Shown piece by piece: positions 39,501-51,122 of a DNA stretch of 64,000 bases (positions are counted from its first letter, which is position 1; each line of letters opens with the position of its first letter). Position numbers and translations under genes: made by a program. Below the pieces are notes generated by a model. It had not been told where the DNA came from. It searched no databases and saw only the letters and a program-made list of their open reading frames with translations. Source of the stretch: Octopus vulgaris. Taxonomy: Eukaryota. Where the stretch lies: the NCBI GenBank assembly GCA_951406725.2, contig OX597818.1, positions 82,956,001 through 83,020,000 of the forward strand, read 5' to 3'.

Positions 39501-40773
39501 GTGGTCTTTTGCAACTGGCAATAACAATGAAGATTGCTACAATTGGCCTAGACACCTACCTGAAAAACTCTGAGGACTGGATGCTAAAACTTGTCTCAAA
39601 ACATGAAAACAAGAAAGCATCATACTCAGTCACAAAACAGGCAAAGGAATATCTAAGTGAACTCCGAATACAACCAATTTCGGAATTAGAGATAGATATA
39701 CAAGAAACAAGCACAGAAAAAGCTAGGCGCATGAAAACCCGTGCCAAAACTGCGGCCTTAGATATTCTGAATAATAAATGGCAAGAAAAACCTCTCTATG
39801 GCAAATACCCAAAGAGAGCGAATAATGCAGATATCGACAAAGCCCTGACCCATCAATGGCTAATGGCCTCTGGCTTAAAATCTGAAACAGAGGGGTTTAT
39901 CATAGCAGCTCAAGATCAATGCCTACCAACAAGAAACTACCAGGCCAACATATTAAAGATCAGAAGCAGTCCAACGTGTCGTGTATGCAAGCAACAAAAT
40001 GAAACCATTGACCATGTGGTCTCCAAGTGCAGTCTTCTAGCGCCTACAGAGTATCTCAACAGGCACGATAGAGCTGCACAATATATTCACTGGGTAATCT
40101 GTAAAAACCTGGATTTGCCCCATGAAAAAAACTGGTGGGAACACAAACCACCCCCAGTGCTTGAAAATGACCACATCTCACTCCTCTGGAACTTCACCAT
40201 TCAAACTGACAGGAAGATAGATGCAAATAGGCCAGACATCATATTGAAAAACTTCAAACAAAGAACATGCCTCCTCATTGATATGACTGTCCCAATCGAT
40301 ATAAACGTATCTGTCAAGACCTACCAAAAACTGAGCAAATATAAAGATCTTGAAATAGAAATCAGCAAAATGTGGAAGCTGAAGACTAAAACAATACCTG
40401 TTGTCATAGGTGCCCTGGGAATGATAGCAAAAGGGGCTGATAGCTACCTAACTCAGATACCAGGAAACCCAAAAATGGCAGAAGTTCAAAAGATAGTGCC
40501 CATGGGAACTGCTCATATCCTACGCAAAATACTCTCTATGTAATCTCGAGGTTTAAAACAAACATAATTTTCGGTTTAAAGAAAAAAAAAAAAAAAAAAT
40601 TACTTTTTTTTTTTTTTTTTTTTTAGACATTCATTAGTACAACATCCCCACCCCCCAAATATATGGCACACTAGGCATAACAACAACATGAACTTCCAAC
40701 CCTGTTGTCTCTTGAGGTCTCTGGGTGAGACTTGGAGCCAACTTGTACAAATATAAAGCAAAAGTCAAACATA

Positions 40774-40774
<1 letters not shown>
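36599..40774 (+). mobile_element. Apparently full-length R4/Dong-clade non-LTR retrotransposon inserted in (TAA)n
   Basis: Single RT-RLE ORF with ~125-nt 5' UTR and ~230-nt 3' UTR, flanked on both sides by TAA repeats, the known target of Dong elements. Confidence 0.92.
36725..40543 (+). CDS. Reverse transcriptase / CCHC / restriction-like endonuclease polyprotein (R4/Dong), 1272 aa
   Basis: Uninterrupted ORF: KSPGKDKI, NYRPITCL, QKGC, WIDYKKAFDS, GIFQGDSLSPLLF, YMDD (38984-38995), YKYLG, CRVC...ETIDHVVSKC, RHD, RPDIIL...LIDMTVP...KLSKY. The true start codon is uncertain. Confidence 0.95.
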   Translation: MSGDKTINKKNTDEYRSASLKKRRYEQCLHVVNPKLTDPSPNIRMDARHASRSTNQTINRIGHCADYKRPRTRKLNQILIEKSVTGSNLPNTQELDEPHNRNIPTDGHPCSSPNNQKKKKEKWSREDNKEVLEAFYHAIYFPTDKSSTVQAYLNWRQKHPEVRPYIDSNKLANVRRNIIKKKLLTEVEIDQVRQAISDKMNEAAAREDNTEEMIIDQPRADKNEERIERVSISDRQSEIRPEPIINTKTDEHQIDKESHTNIDPTELHELKSQIMIEWLKIKETSMDERDTLPKIRNSNQNMKIIGKIRLALKDIISVNDVDITNLNHLYYASAKISTILCGVKIRKRQQSHKKPSWQERLQQQIKIFRSDIEYLKNLKAHKITKPTKTQKLLKKYNMKTILDIDATIETIKQKVSAKAARIARYEKRVRFFKDNNMFKNNTKNFYRKIGKTAFTAGSVPSKEEVQRFWNKIWAEEKTHNEKAPWIDRISTELDPLEEQKWEGVKVEDIRSALRRSSKWKSPGKDKIPNFWLNAFPESHELLTELYNDVLQHPSRMPPWLVNGLTFLLPKSEETNEPKNYRPITCLTTMYKTLTSVLTEYTYSFLTDSSIFPNEQKGCKRGSYGCKDQLLINKMILEDCHKRHKNLSIAWIDYKKAFDSLPHSWIRKCLEMYKIAPTLRNFLTVSMRSWRTTLTLNSDSESLNAGDVKISCGIFQGDSLSPLLFCLSLIPLSKLLNDAQYGYKMFDKNINHLVYMDDLKLFAKNDQQLKGLLAIVKQFSDDIRMQFGLDKCAKATFIKGKMTETSNVNLHQQNVIKELDPAESYKYLGIIEGNGIRHSEMKERIRRECYRRVRAILKTELNARNRIEAINALAIPVVTYSFNIVNWSITEICQLDRKIRKLLTMHRMHHPKADTERLYLPRKEGGRGLLQLAITMKIATIGLDTYLKNSEDWMLKLVSKHENKKASYSVTKQAKEYLSELRIQPISELEIDIQETSTEKARRMKTRAKTAALDILNNKWQEKPLYGKYPKRANNADIDKALTHQWLMASGLKSETEGFIIAAQDQCLPTRNYQANILKIRSSPTCRVCKQQNETIDHVVSKCSLLAPTEYLNRHDRAAQYIHWVICKNLDLPHEKNWWEHKPPPVLENDHISLLWNFTIQTDRKIDANRPDIILKNFKQRTCLLIDMTVPIDINVSVKTYQKLSKYKDLEIEISKMWKLKTKTIPVVIGALGMIAKGADSYLTQIPGNPKMAEVQKIVPMGTAHILRKILSM

Positions 40775-40810
<36 letters not shown>

Positions 40811-40969
40811 CACAACAACAACAACAACAATAATAGCAAACGAAAATCAAAATTTGCCTCTTCTATGAAAGGAGATAAATTCTATCACATATACTGTAGG
40901 AAATTACGTAAGAGCTGGGTAAATAGCATTCTTTGTTTTCTTTGTTTGAAGCATAAATAAGTCTTGCAA

Positions 40970-42200
40970 ACTACCAATCCTGGAGCAACCAACATAAAGT
41001 CGACCATGAGAGAAGCAAGGCTTAATTAAACGCAAGCCAGTAAGTAGATTTCAAAGTCTGACCTTGTGAGTTATTAACAGACATTGCAATGCAAAGTCGC
41101 ACAGGGAATTGTGTTCATTTGAACTCAAATGGCATGTCTGTTGGTGTTATTGGAATTCTTGGAAATTAAAGCTTCTTCCGCAGAGTCACATTCAGTGGTG
41201 ATGGTAGTCTCTGTCACATTAGGTGATAATGCCTTCACAATCAATCTTGTCTCATTGCATAATTTAAGAGTATTTAAATTTCTTAGAAGCATTATTATGA
41301 CTCCTAACTTCAGAAAATATTTAAGTAGAGGAGTTCCAGGTGGTTAAAGATAATTAAGGATCTCTGTTGGGTAACGGCGAGCTCGATTTTCATCAAGGAC
41401 AGAATCAACTGATTTGGATTCCTTAATAACTGCCGGAATCTTATTTGTTAAGTCATGGTTAATCCTTGCAACAGTCTCCTTTTTGGAGCAAGAATTGACC
41501 TTTCACACAACCATTTATATGACTTATAATTATTACTTGAGTCTCGAAATACCCAGGCCTTCTATTTAGCTGGAGAATTCATCATGATTGCAATATGAAC
41601 CAAACTGATATCACCATTCCCATCAAGTGATACATACCCATTTCCTAATTGGAAGAGCCAGGTTGAAAGCTGTTCTGCACATTTGGCCTCATGTAATAAA
41701 GCTCACACGTCGTTAGTACTGAAGGAGAATTTCTGTACTTTATTCCATAGGTGTGAAGACTTAGTGCACGGTTTTATTTCATCAGATCTTGTTCATCTCG
41801 AAATGTCTGGTAATGTCTGACTGAAGTTTCCTGACAAAACTAATGTATCTCCTCCCATAGAGTTATTGTTGCTCCAAATGTCCTGTAAGGTCTTATCAAG
41901 AGTTTCCATTGCACCTCTTTGTGACATGGTGTATTCATCCCAAATGATCGGATGGCACTGGCACAACACTTCGGCTAAACCAGAATCTTTGCTTATATTC
42001 CAAATTGGACTGTCATTTGTGGCCAGGTAATTTAACAGCAGAATGAGTTGTTCACCCTCCTAGGAGTATGGTGGCAGCAAAGCCAGACAATGCTACAACG
42101 ACTGCCATTCGTTTTCTGTTACCTTAGCGTGGAGGGAAGCAATAGTATTACAAATATTTTACTTGTGCCACACGGAGCATCAAGAAAGAAAATTCGTCTG
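40970..42200 (-). pseudogene. Helitron RepHel PIF1-family helicase remnant with stops and frameshifts
   Basis: IFFLDAPCGTSKIF (Walker A-like, ~42150-42193), ALSGFAATILLGG, IIWDEYTM (41926-41949), SGNFSQTLP, WLCERSILAPK, IMLLRNLNTLKLCNETRL, PCFSHGRLYVGCSR. Confidence 0.9.
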
Positions 42201-43180
42201 CTTTCTTCTGGTGATTGTGGAAATCCCCATGCACGCGCATGCACACACACATACATACAGTATCAAACATCAGATAAAATGGACGTGTGTGTGAGAGAGA
42301 GATAGAGAAAGTGAGTGCCACTTAGACATCACTCTCTCTATCTCTCTCTCTCATACACAAGCACACGTACATACAAAAACAGATGTTCGCATATATGACA
42401 ACACAAGCCTTCACTCACTCACTCACTCTCTCTCTCACGTATACACACATACACAAAGTCACACGTACATAAATGTATACAAACGTACAAACACACACGT
42501 GTGCGTGTGTGACTGACTAAAAATACATAGAGCTGAACACGGCGCGCAAAAAGTAAATAAGTAAAAACCTTTTGCGGAAATTAAAGAAGTGTGTGGGTTC
42601 AAGTGAAAGAATGCCTATATGTTTTGGACGCCTCCTGTTAAATTGCAAAATAATAATGTTCATATTTGTGTAATAACGAAATCAAACCTGGAGTGTGTGT
42701 GTGTGAGAGAGAGAGAGAGAAAGAGAAAAAGAAAGAGGGGGAGAAAGAGAGAGAGAGAAAACATTGCAAACAATGAATGAAATAAGCATGAAATGAAAAA
42801 ATCGTATTCATAAAAGCACGTTTAAAAGTATCTCGTACCGAATATTTAAATTTGTGAAATTTGTAACTATTTCTTTAAGTAATTTATCGGGCTTGTTTAC
42901 AGATAGCGAACTAAAATTTGAAATGAAAACATTATACAGCAATACCGGAAGCTGATATTGTGAAGCCTTTTTAAAATCATAAATATTAAGCAATATTATT
43001 TATTTCAAATTAAAAAATAAACTAAAGACCCTATAATTTATCCGAGGTCAAATCATTCATGCATCCCAAGTACGGAAGCAATTTGCGCAGCCGTTTTCGC
43101 GTGAAAAGGGAACACACACACACGTGCTCACACACACGTGCACACACACACACACACACAAGTCTATATATATATATATA

Positions 43181-43345
43181 GAGAGAGTTTACGAAAAAAC
43201 ATCAAAAGACGAAGACAGGTGGTGTATACAACAAACAGATGTATTAGTATAACGCTGAGGAATTGAAAAAGTCTTTTACGTTTCTAGCCTACGCTCTTCT
43301 ACAGAAAGTGATACAGAAAAAAACAAGGAGAAAAAAATGTGGGTA
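43181..43345 (-). mobile_element. Solo Penelope-type terminal repeat with hammerhead-like motif
   Basis: Close match to 17210-17360; minus strand CUUU-CUGUAGAA-GAGC-GUAG-GCUA-GAAACGUA-AAAG at 43273-43308. Confidence 0.75.
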
Positions 43346-43419
43346 GCGGCTACCGATCTATCATGTTTGCGTGTGTTTCCGTGTGTGTTTATGTATGTAC
43401 ATATCCGTGTATCATGTGA

Positions 43420-43625
43420 ATCATTAATGCTTGTTTCGTCCTCCAACACCACTTTGGAAACCAGTATTGGTTTGTTTACATCCCCGTAAGATAGCGTTAC
43501 GGTAAAAGCGACAAATAGATGATGCACCAGTCTTATATATAGCTACTGAACTCAATCTAATAGACTAAAAACCCTTCAAAGCGATGCCCCACCGTGGCCA
43601 CAATCTAATAACTGAAATCTGTAAA
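43420..43625 (+). mobile_element. Family B SINE 3' half
   Basis: ggtttgtttacatccccgtaa...aaaacccttcaaagcgatgccccaccgtggcc...actgaaa. Confidence 0.7.
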
Positions 43626-43859
43626 AGATATATGATTAAAAATATATGATATTCCATTCCATGCATTCTATCCTTTGCGTTTCGCTTTAAAAATTTTAAA
43701 AATTTAAACTTCTTTTCCCACCTAGATTGGCCAGGAAATGATGATCTTCCTTGCAACAGCTTTTCGCCAGGGCGCGCTACATGCATGAATGGAATCTATT
43801 CCCTCATTTGTTTCTTAGATGAAGTCTGATGTAGTGATGCAGCAAAGGCACAGTATCAT

Positions 43860-43990
43860 TACACACACATCATCATCGCAATCACGGCTACTATAACTAC
43901 TAGGGCAGCAACAAGCGCTACCAGGTCCACCACCATCACGAACAACAACATCACCATCAGCAGTATCAGCAGCAGTAACATCATCATCAT

Positions 43991-44052
<62 letters not shown>

Positions 44053-46405
44053 GTAACAGAAGCAACAGCACCACTAACAAAAACAATGCCATCAGTGACA
44101 CGACTACCATCACCACCACCGCCGCCGGCAATACTACCACAACCACCAGCATCAGCATCAGCATCAGTGCCACTACCACGAACTCTACCACCGCTTACAG
44201 CACCAGCCCCATCACTGCCACCACAACCACCACCACAACGATGTCGACGGCTACCACTAATACCACCATCACTACCGCGATTAAAAGCAACAGCAAATGT
44301 AACCACAGCAACAGCGTCTAAAGTATCACCACCACCAGCAATACCACCACCACCCCACCAATACCACCACTACTACCATCGCTACCACTGACACTATTAC
44401 GAATATCTCTACAACAAATATCATCACCTTGACGACTGTGACGTCCAGGTCGAAGAGATCTAGCAGGGTCATCATCACAATCACTATTACAAACACCAGC
44501 AGCGCCATCTTTTGAGAACCACGTCTCCGATGACAGCACCATCACCACCACTACCACTGTCACATCAACCAAAACACACCACCATTGACTCTATAACCAC
44601 CTCCACCGCCTCAACCACCATCATCTCTACCACTCCAACCACCATCACCACCACCGCAACCACTTCCAATGCCGCCACTACCACCATAAACACCACCGTC
44701 TCAACCGTCACCACTACAACCAATGCTACCATCAACATGACACAACCATCGCCACTGTAACAATCTCTACCGCCTCAACCACCATCACCACTGCTACCAC
44801 CACCATCTCCACCACCACCACCACCACCATTACCCACTATCACCAATACCACAACCAATGCTACCACCACCACTGCAACCACCAATAACCCACCAGCACC
44901 ATCGGCACCACCGCCGTAAACCGGCAATACAAATGTAATAATACCACTACCATCACCAGCAGAGCCACCACAGTCAATATCAATACCCCCTGCACCATCA
45001 CCAGCATCACCGCTATCAGTATTACCACCGTCATTATTGCCACAACCATCACTATCATCATAACCATCATTGAAATCATCAGCACGACAAACACCATCTG
45101 TAATAGAAGCACAGACATCATCACCATGACCATCGCCACCGACATTAACTAACACTACCATGAAAAACAACCGCAACATCAGCTATGATAACACCCTCCA
45201 TCACAAGCATTACCACCGCCACCACCACTGCTATCGCTATTCCCCTTATGGATAGTATTACCACCAGTGCTATTAATACAACTGCAACCAACAGCACATC
45301 GTCACCACTGCCACGAATATACCAACATTATCATAATCCTCATCTGCACTATCGCCACCACCATCACCACCATCATTGCTATTATCACTACTATTCTCAC
45401 TATCACCATCACCATAACCATCAGCATAAACACCTCTAATAGAATCACCAGCAGAACCCCCTTCCCTCATCATCATCTCCTTCAGAAACAGAGTCATCAT
45501 CACCGTATATTCCACTGCCATAATCATCGCTACTGTCCCCGAAACGCCAACTGCAACGACAATTATCACCATCATACCATCACCAACCCCACTATTACCG
45601 CTACTACAGCGTCATCAACACCACCACTATGACCATTAACATCACCATCAAGACAACCACCGTTATCAATGCCACAACCACCTTCATCGTTACCAAGACC
45701 AACGCCATCACCGCAACCATCAACGTAAACATGACCACTGCAACCAGTGTCTGAATGTACCAAAGTCTTAACCATGACCAACGCCACCACCAACATCATT
45801 ACACGAACCACCAGCATGATCTCCACGACCATCACCACCACCACATCTACCGCCTCCAGAACCACATCCATCCCCACAACTAGCACCAGTAGCACCGAAA
45901 ACATCAACATCACCACCACTCACGCACCATTGCCACATCTACTAACTTCCCCACACTTTCCCCACCACCAACACCACTACCACCAGCGTAACCATCATCA
46001 ATAACACCACAGCTACCCCCTACCATCACCACCAACACTACCAGCGTAACCATCGCCATAATCACCACTACCATAACCACAATCACTATCATCACAACAA
46101 ACATAACCACCACTTAAAAACAACCACAACAACAACAACATTAAACATGACCCACCACCACTATCACCACCATCAGCACAACCATCTCTACAGCACGACC
46201 ATCATTAACACTACCACCACAACCACCACTACCGCAATCGCCAACACCACTAAGCACAACACAACAAACACCATCAACGCAATCACGGATGCCATCACGG
46301 CCACCACCAGAACCGCCACCACCGTAATCACCAACATCACTACAACCGCCACCTCAACCATCACCACCGCAATCACCATCACCACCACGGTCACCACCAC
46401 TACGG
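43860..46405. repeat. ~2.5-kb cryptic (CAC/CAT/CAA/CAG) triplet low-complexity region
   Basis: Strongly C/A-biased degenerate triplets; only short ORFs in shifting frames. Confidence 0.85.
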
Positions 46406-46756
46406 TGTTGCTTGAAATTGAAATCCACATAAAAGAGAGGAGGTCGAACCGTCGAGCCGATTTCTGTCCGTTACTAAATGAAGGCAATAGAGGCGTTTGA
46501 TGATGGACTTGTATCAAAGACTACATGTACTTCATCAACAATAGAGATAAAGCCAGGCAAGCTTCAAACATGCATAAATAGATAGACACACACACATACA
46601 AACATACACACATACATGAGGTTGGAACGCGCACATAAATAATGACATGCACACACAGACACATAATACACACAAGTGCATGCACACACACATAAAGACA
46701 CACATATATATATTGACGCATACATGGCAAATATACAGATGCACATAGTTTATATG

Positions 46757-46801
<45 letters not shown>

Positions 46802-46969
46802 TTGTGTGCATCTGCATACGTGCTGAAACGTACATATGTATACGTACAAATGAATTTGCAAATACATAGGTACACCTAAGATGTGTACATGTGCATACAT
46901 ATATATCCGCGCGCGTGTATATATATATATTTAATTTTATGTGTGTGCATATATATATCTATCTAACAC

Positions 46970-47026
<57 letters not shown>

Positions 47027-47058
47027 GCCTTCGTCTTTTGTCTACATAAAGCTTCCCG

Positions 47059-47098
<40 letters not shown>

Positions 47099-47100
47099 TA

Positions 47101-47403
47101 GTAGCTGTGTGGTAAGTAGTTTGCTTACCAACCATATGGCTCCGGGTTCAGTCTCACTGCGTGGTACGTTGGCCAAGTGTCTTCTGCAATACCCTCGGGC
47201 CGTCGAAAGCCTTGTCAGTGGCTTTGAGTGGCACTCCGTCAGTTACGGATCCGATCACCGGAACAGCCGGCTTGTGAATTTAACGTGCAGTGGCTGAGCA
47301 ATCCACAGATACGTTTACACTTAGCGTAGTTTTCGAGGAGATTCAGAGCGATACAGAGTGTAACAAAGCTGGCTCTCTGAAATACAGGTATAACAGAAAC
47401 AGG
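47101..47403 (+). mobile_element. CORE-type SINE (family B head) joined to a second repeat module
   Basis: gtagctgtgtggtaagtag (A-box-like), gggttcagtctcac (B-box-like), gtggtacgttggccaagtgtcttc (CORE-like); the 3' module is shared with 25930-26075. Confidence 0.75.
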
Positions 47404-47404
47404 A

Positions 47405-47480
<76 letters not shown>

Positions 47481-47482
47481 TC

Positions 47483-47730
47483 AACACGGCTATTCAAGAG
47501 AAAAGACCTATTCGTCAGCATAGAGTTCTGCTGCACGGCAACGCCCGCCCTCATATCGTCAATATGACCAAGGAAACCATTCATACGCATGATTGGGAAG
47601 TGCACCAAATGAATTTCCTCCACTTTCGATCTCTTTCAAATGCTATGCATGGAGTTTCGTTCAGTACTTATGCAGAAATGAGAGCTTGGTTGGATCAATT
47701 TTTCGAGTTGAAATCGGATGATTGCTACCT
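47483..47730 (+). pseudogene. Mariner (DD34D) transposase C-terminal remnant
   Basis: AIQEKRP...LLHGNARPH...DWEVH [PPYSPDLAPSD deleted] FLHFRSLSNAMHGVSF...AWLDQFF. Confidence 0.85.
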
Positions 47731-48859
47731 ACTATCTCGTCCCGCAGTGGATGGTAATTCTCACTCTTCTGTTTCCTTACATTTCTCCCTCGACAGCAGG
47801 TGTTGGACATAGGACGGATCCAGTTATCAGCTGAATCCATTGTGAGGATTGCACTGCTGCCGTCTTTTGGCCGTGAAGGGCAGGTAGTTTTTATTTGTCT
47901 AGTGGCTGCAGTGAAACAGGTAGTAGGGTGGACCCATTTGAAATAATAATGATGATGATGATGATGATGATGATGATGTGATGATGATGATGATAAAGAG
48001 ATGGACGATAAGGATGAGGAGGAGGAGGATGAAGACGATGATGATGACATGATGATAATGATTTCTGTTATTTTTCAACGGGCATAGGATATGGGTACAT
48101 CACAAAGAATTTCTATAAGGGTTTTCATAAACTATGAGATTGGAAGAAATGGTTGAGACGGTGAAATGCGATAAAGAAACATATATAGTATTGTAAATAA
48201 GTTAACACATTAATGATGCAGTTTTCATCAGAAAGGAATAACCGCCAACTAGAGACAATCAAGGAACACCACAGATCCAGGATTACCCTTTGTACCAAAG
48301 CTATAAGTTCTTCCCTTAGAGTAGGTCCATTCTCTCCAGTAATTTTTGAGCGCAGTAATTTTCACGAGTTCCCAGGGAGAGAGTACTTTCCAGTAATATT
48401 GTTTAAATTAGATACAAGGACAGTAATTTTGAAGGTGGTGGGCATTACACGACACCATAAATCTAATAATTTGATTGACAATTTGTTTTATCGGTCCCGG
48501 AGGCTTGAAATGCAAAGCTGAACAGAACAAGATTTCATTTCAAAATGTTATGTGTTGGGATAAATACCCACCGAAGTGAACTTAGGCTTTTTGAACTCTT
48601 CGGCGACCAAGCAGAATCGTGAGCGTGTAAATGATCGAACATGATGACTTCGGAAGAGGAATACTTAATGATATATGCATGATATATTCATGTAGAGTAA
48701 CCTTTTGCTCATTTCAGTCATTGCCTCTACTCTACGTAGTCTCCAGTTCAGTCCCAAAGCGCGTCACCTTTGGCAAATTTTTGCGACAATAATTCGGGGT
48801 CGACCAATGATTTGAGACTGAATGCTTTAGAAAGAATGAATGTAGGAACCGTTATATCT

Positions 48860-49085
48860 TTGTTTGTGTTTGTGTTTGTGTGCGAGTGCGTGCGTGTGCG
48901 AGTGAGGGGTATGTTTGTTCCCAACATCTCTAGAAAACCGGGGTTGGTTTCTTTGCGCTCCCATAACATAATGGTTCGGCAAAAGTGACCGATAAAATAA
49001 GTGTCATTAGTACTGGAGTCGACTTTTAGACTAAACTATTCAAGACGATGCTCAAGAATGGCCACAATTCAATGACTGAAATAAG
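48860..49085 (+). mobile_element. Family B SINE 3' half, diverged
   Basis: ggttcggcaaaagtgaccgataaaataagt...ggagtcga...aatgactgaaa. Confidence 0.65.
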
Positions 49086-49814
49086 CGGTAAAGAAAAAAA
49101 ACTATAATATGTAGGTGATCAAAATTTATGTGACAGAGAGGAATCGGATGTGGTGTTTGCGTGTTAATATAATGGAAGGAATATTTTCTAGGTTGACGCG
49201 AATTCCTTGGTTGTCAAACAAGATGGCTTACGACATAATGATGTATACAAACGTGAATGTGCTTTGAGGGGTCACCACAACCCACTACCGGAAGCTTCGT
49301 CCGAATCTTTACAACATAGTAATCTCAACTACAGGCATCAGGTGGTATGGAGCAATGTTTATCGGGTGGTCTGAAATGCCTATGACACAGAAAAAAATAA
49401 ATAAATAAACAGGGACCAGCTATGTTAGTGGACCAAAGAACGGTTTTATGCAAGACAATCTTTTGATAGACCAGCTGATCACGTGCGTAACGAAACAATT
49501 GATGGCGTAATATATAATTCAATTATTACATGTGTAATACATAAATAAAACAAAAACACACTGCAGACTGCAACAATCAATGATATACGAATACAATTTA
49601 AAAATTTATACTTTCTGTGCGGCCTGGTAAGCAAATGATTCATGGTTGAACGTCCAGAATGCAATCAAGACGGTTTCTGTTCTGATTTTTTTTTTTTTTT
49701 TTACATTTGTGTTCCTTTATTCAGATAAAATTTCGTCGGTGATATGAGGACAGCAGTGGTAGAGAGGCAGATGGATGTAGAAGCAGAAGTGAGTAAGTGA
49801 GGGGGTGAATGAGT

Positions 49815-49870
<56 letters not shown>

Positions 49871-50435
49871 TGGGAGAGAAAGTGAGAGCTGGGGAAACAA
49901 AGACAGCGAGATAAAGAAGAAAAGAGAGAACGAAAGTAAAAAGTAAGAAGGAAAGAAACGAGAGGAAAAAAGAAATAGCGAAAGAACGAAAGGAGGAAAG
50001 AAAGAAAGAGAGAAGTAAATAGATGAGATCACGTAACATCTTTGTGTCTGATACTAATAGCAAATATGATTACGAGATTTTAAATGGATTCTGTAGTTTT
50101 TCCAATAAAAAAATTATAAAATTTGTTTCCTCACAACTTCCAGAAAAATGGATACTTTTTAATGCAATTTTCTACAAATAACTTTCTGACGGTGTAGAAT
50201 CCTATTACAATGGGAATTTTTTATGAAAAAAATTTTGAGAAAGGTGAAAAGATCTTCAGATAATTCACTATTGTCGAATTTGTTTCTTCATAACATATAG
50301 AAAAATGGGTATTTTTTTAACGTAATTTTCGGAAATAGCTTTCGTTCAGAGGGTCTGTGTTTATGACTTAGTGGTGGGGCACAAGCACAAGCGCAGAGAC
50401 ACATATAAATACAATAGATACATATACACACATAT

Positions 50436-50592
50436 ATACGACAGACTTCTCTCAGTTTCCTTCTACCAAATCCACTTTCAAGGTCTTGTTTGCTCCGATC
50501 TATAGTAGATGACATTTACCAAAAGTGCTGCGCAGTCGAACTGAACACAATGCCACATAATTGGAAAGCAAGCTTCTTAAATACGCGGCGTG
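50436..50592 (-). mobile_element. Family B SINE 5' half
   Basis: atacgacagacttctctcagtttccttctaccaaatccac...aagcaagcttcttaa is the reverse complement of a 47101-type head. Confidence 0.7.
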
Positions 50593-50897
50593 GTCCATGA
50601 CTATATCGGAATTTAAATATAACAAAAATATAAGCCTGCACACATACATACTGACACATTCTTTTTTTTTTTTTTTTGTTTCTTCAATATTTGGTTAGTA
50701 TCTGTAGATAATACAACCCAGTTGTTTTTCGTAAGATACAGTTAGGAGTGTTTCGCTTATTGCCGTCTGTCTTCGGAATTAATCTTTGGCTGAAATTCTC
50801 TGGTGAAATATTGGATAATTGGCTAAGCAATGGCTGCTCAGTGTTTATCTCAGAATGTATTTCTATTGACTTTCTAAGCATATAAATATGAAAGAAA

Positions 50898-51096
50898 TGG
50901 CAGGAGCATTTGTCAGAACAAAATACCTTGTATGTGGTATTTCTTCTAGATCTTCACCTTCTGTTTTCAGCTCACAATGAGGTCGACTTAGCCTTTTATC
51001 CTATCGAGCTCGGTAAAAATAAGTACTACTGGATTCGGTGGCATTGACAATCCCCCTCCTCCACAAAAACTGGTGACCTTTCGCCACAATTTGAAA
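50898..51096 (+). mobile_element. Family A SINE, strongly diverged
   Basis: gaggtcgacttagccttttatcctatcgagctcggtaaaaataagtac...ccacaatttgaaa. Confidence 0.65.
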
Positions 51097-51122
51097 TTAT
51101 TATCATTATTATTATTATTATC

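Noticed and set aside
43815-46517. Mucin-like Thr/Pro-rich protein gene
   Set aside because: No ORF longer than 163 aa, frames switch constantly, and no supportable splice structure.
50140-50345. ~45-bp diverged direct repeat (agaaaaatgg.ta.ttttt.a...aattttc)
   Set aside because: Likely an internal subrepeat of an old non-autonomous element; no further structure.
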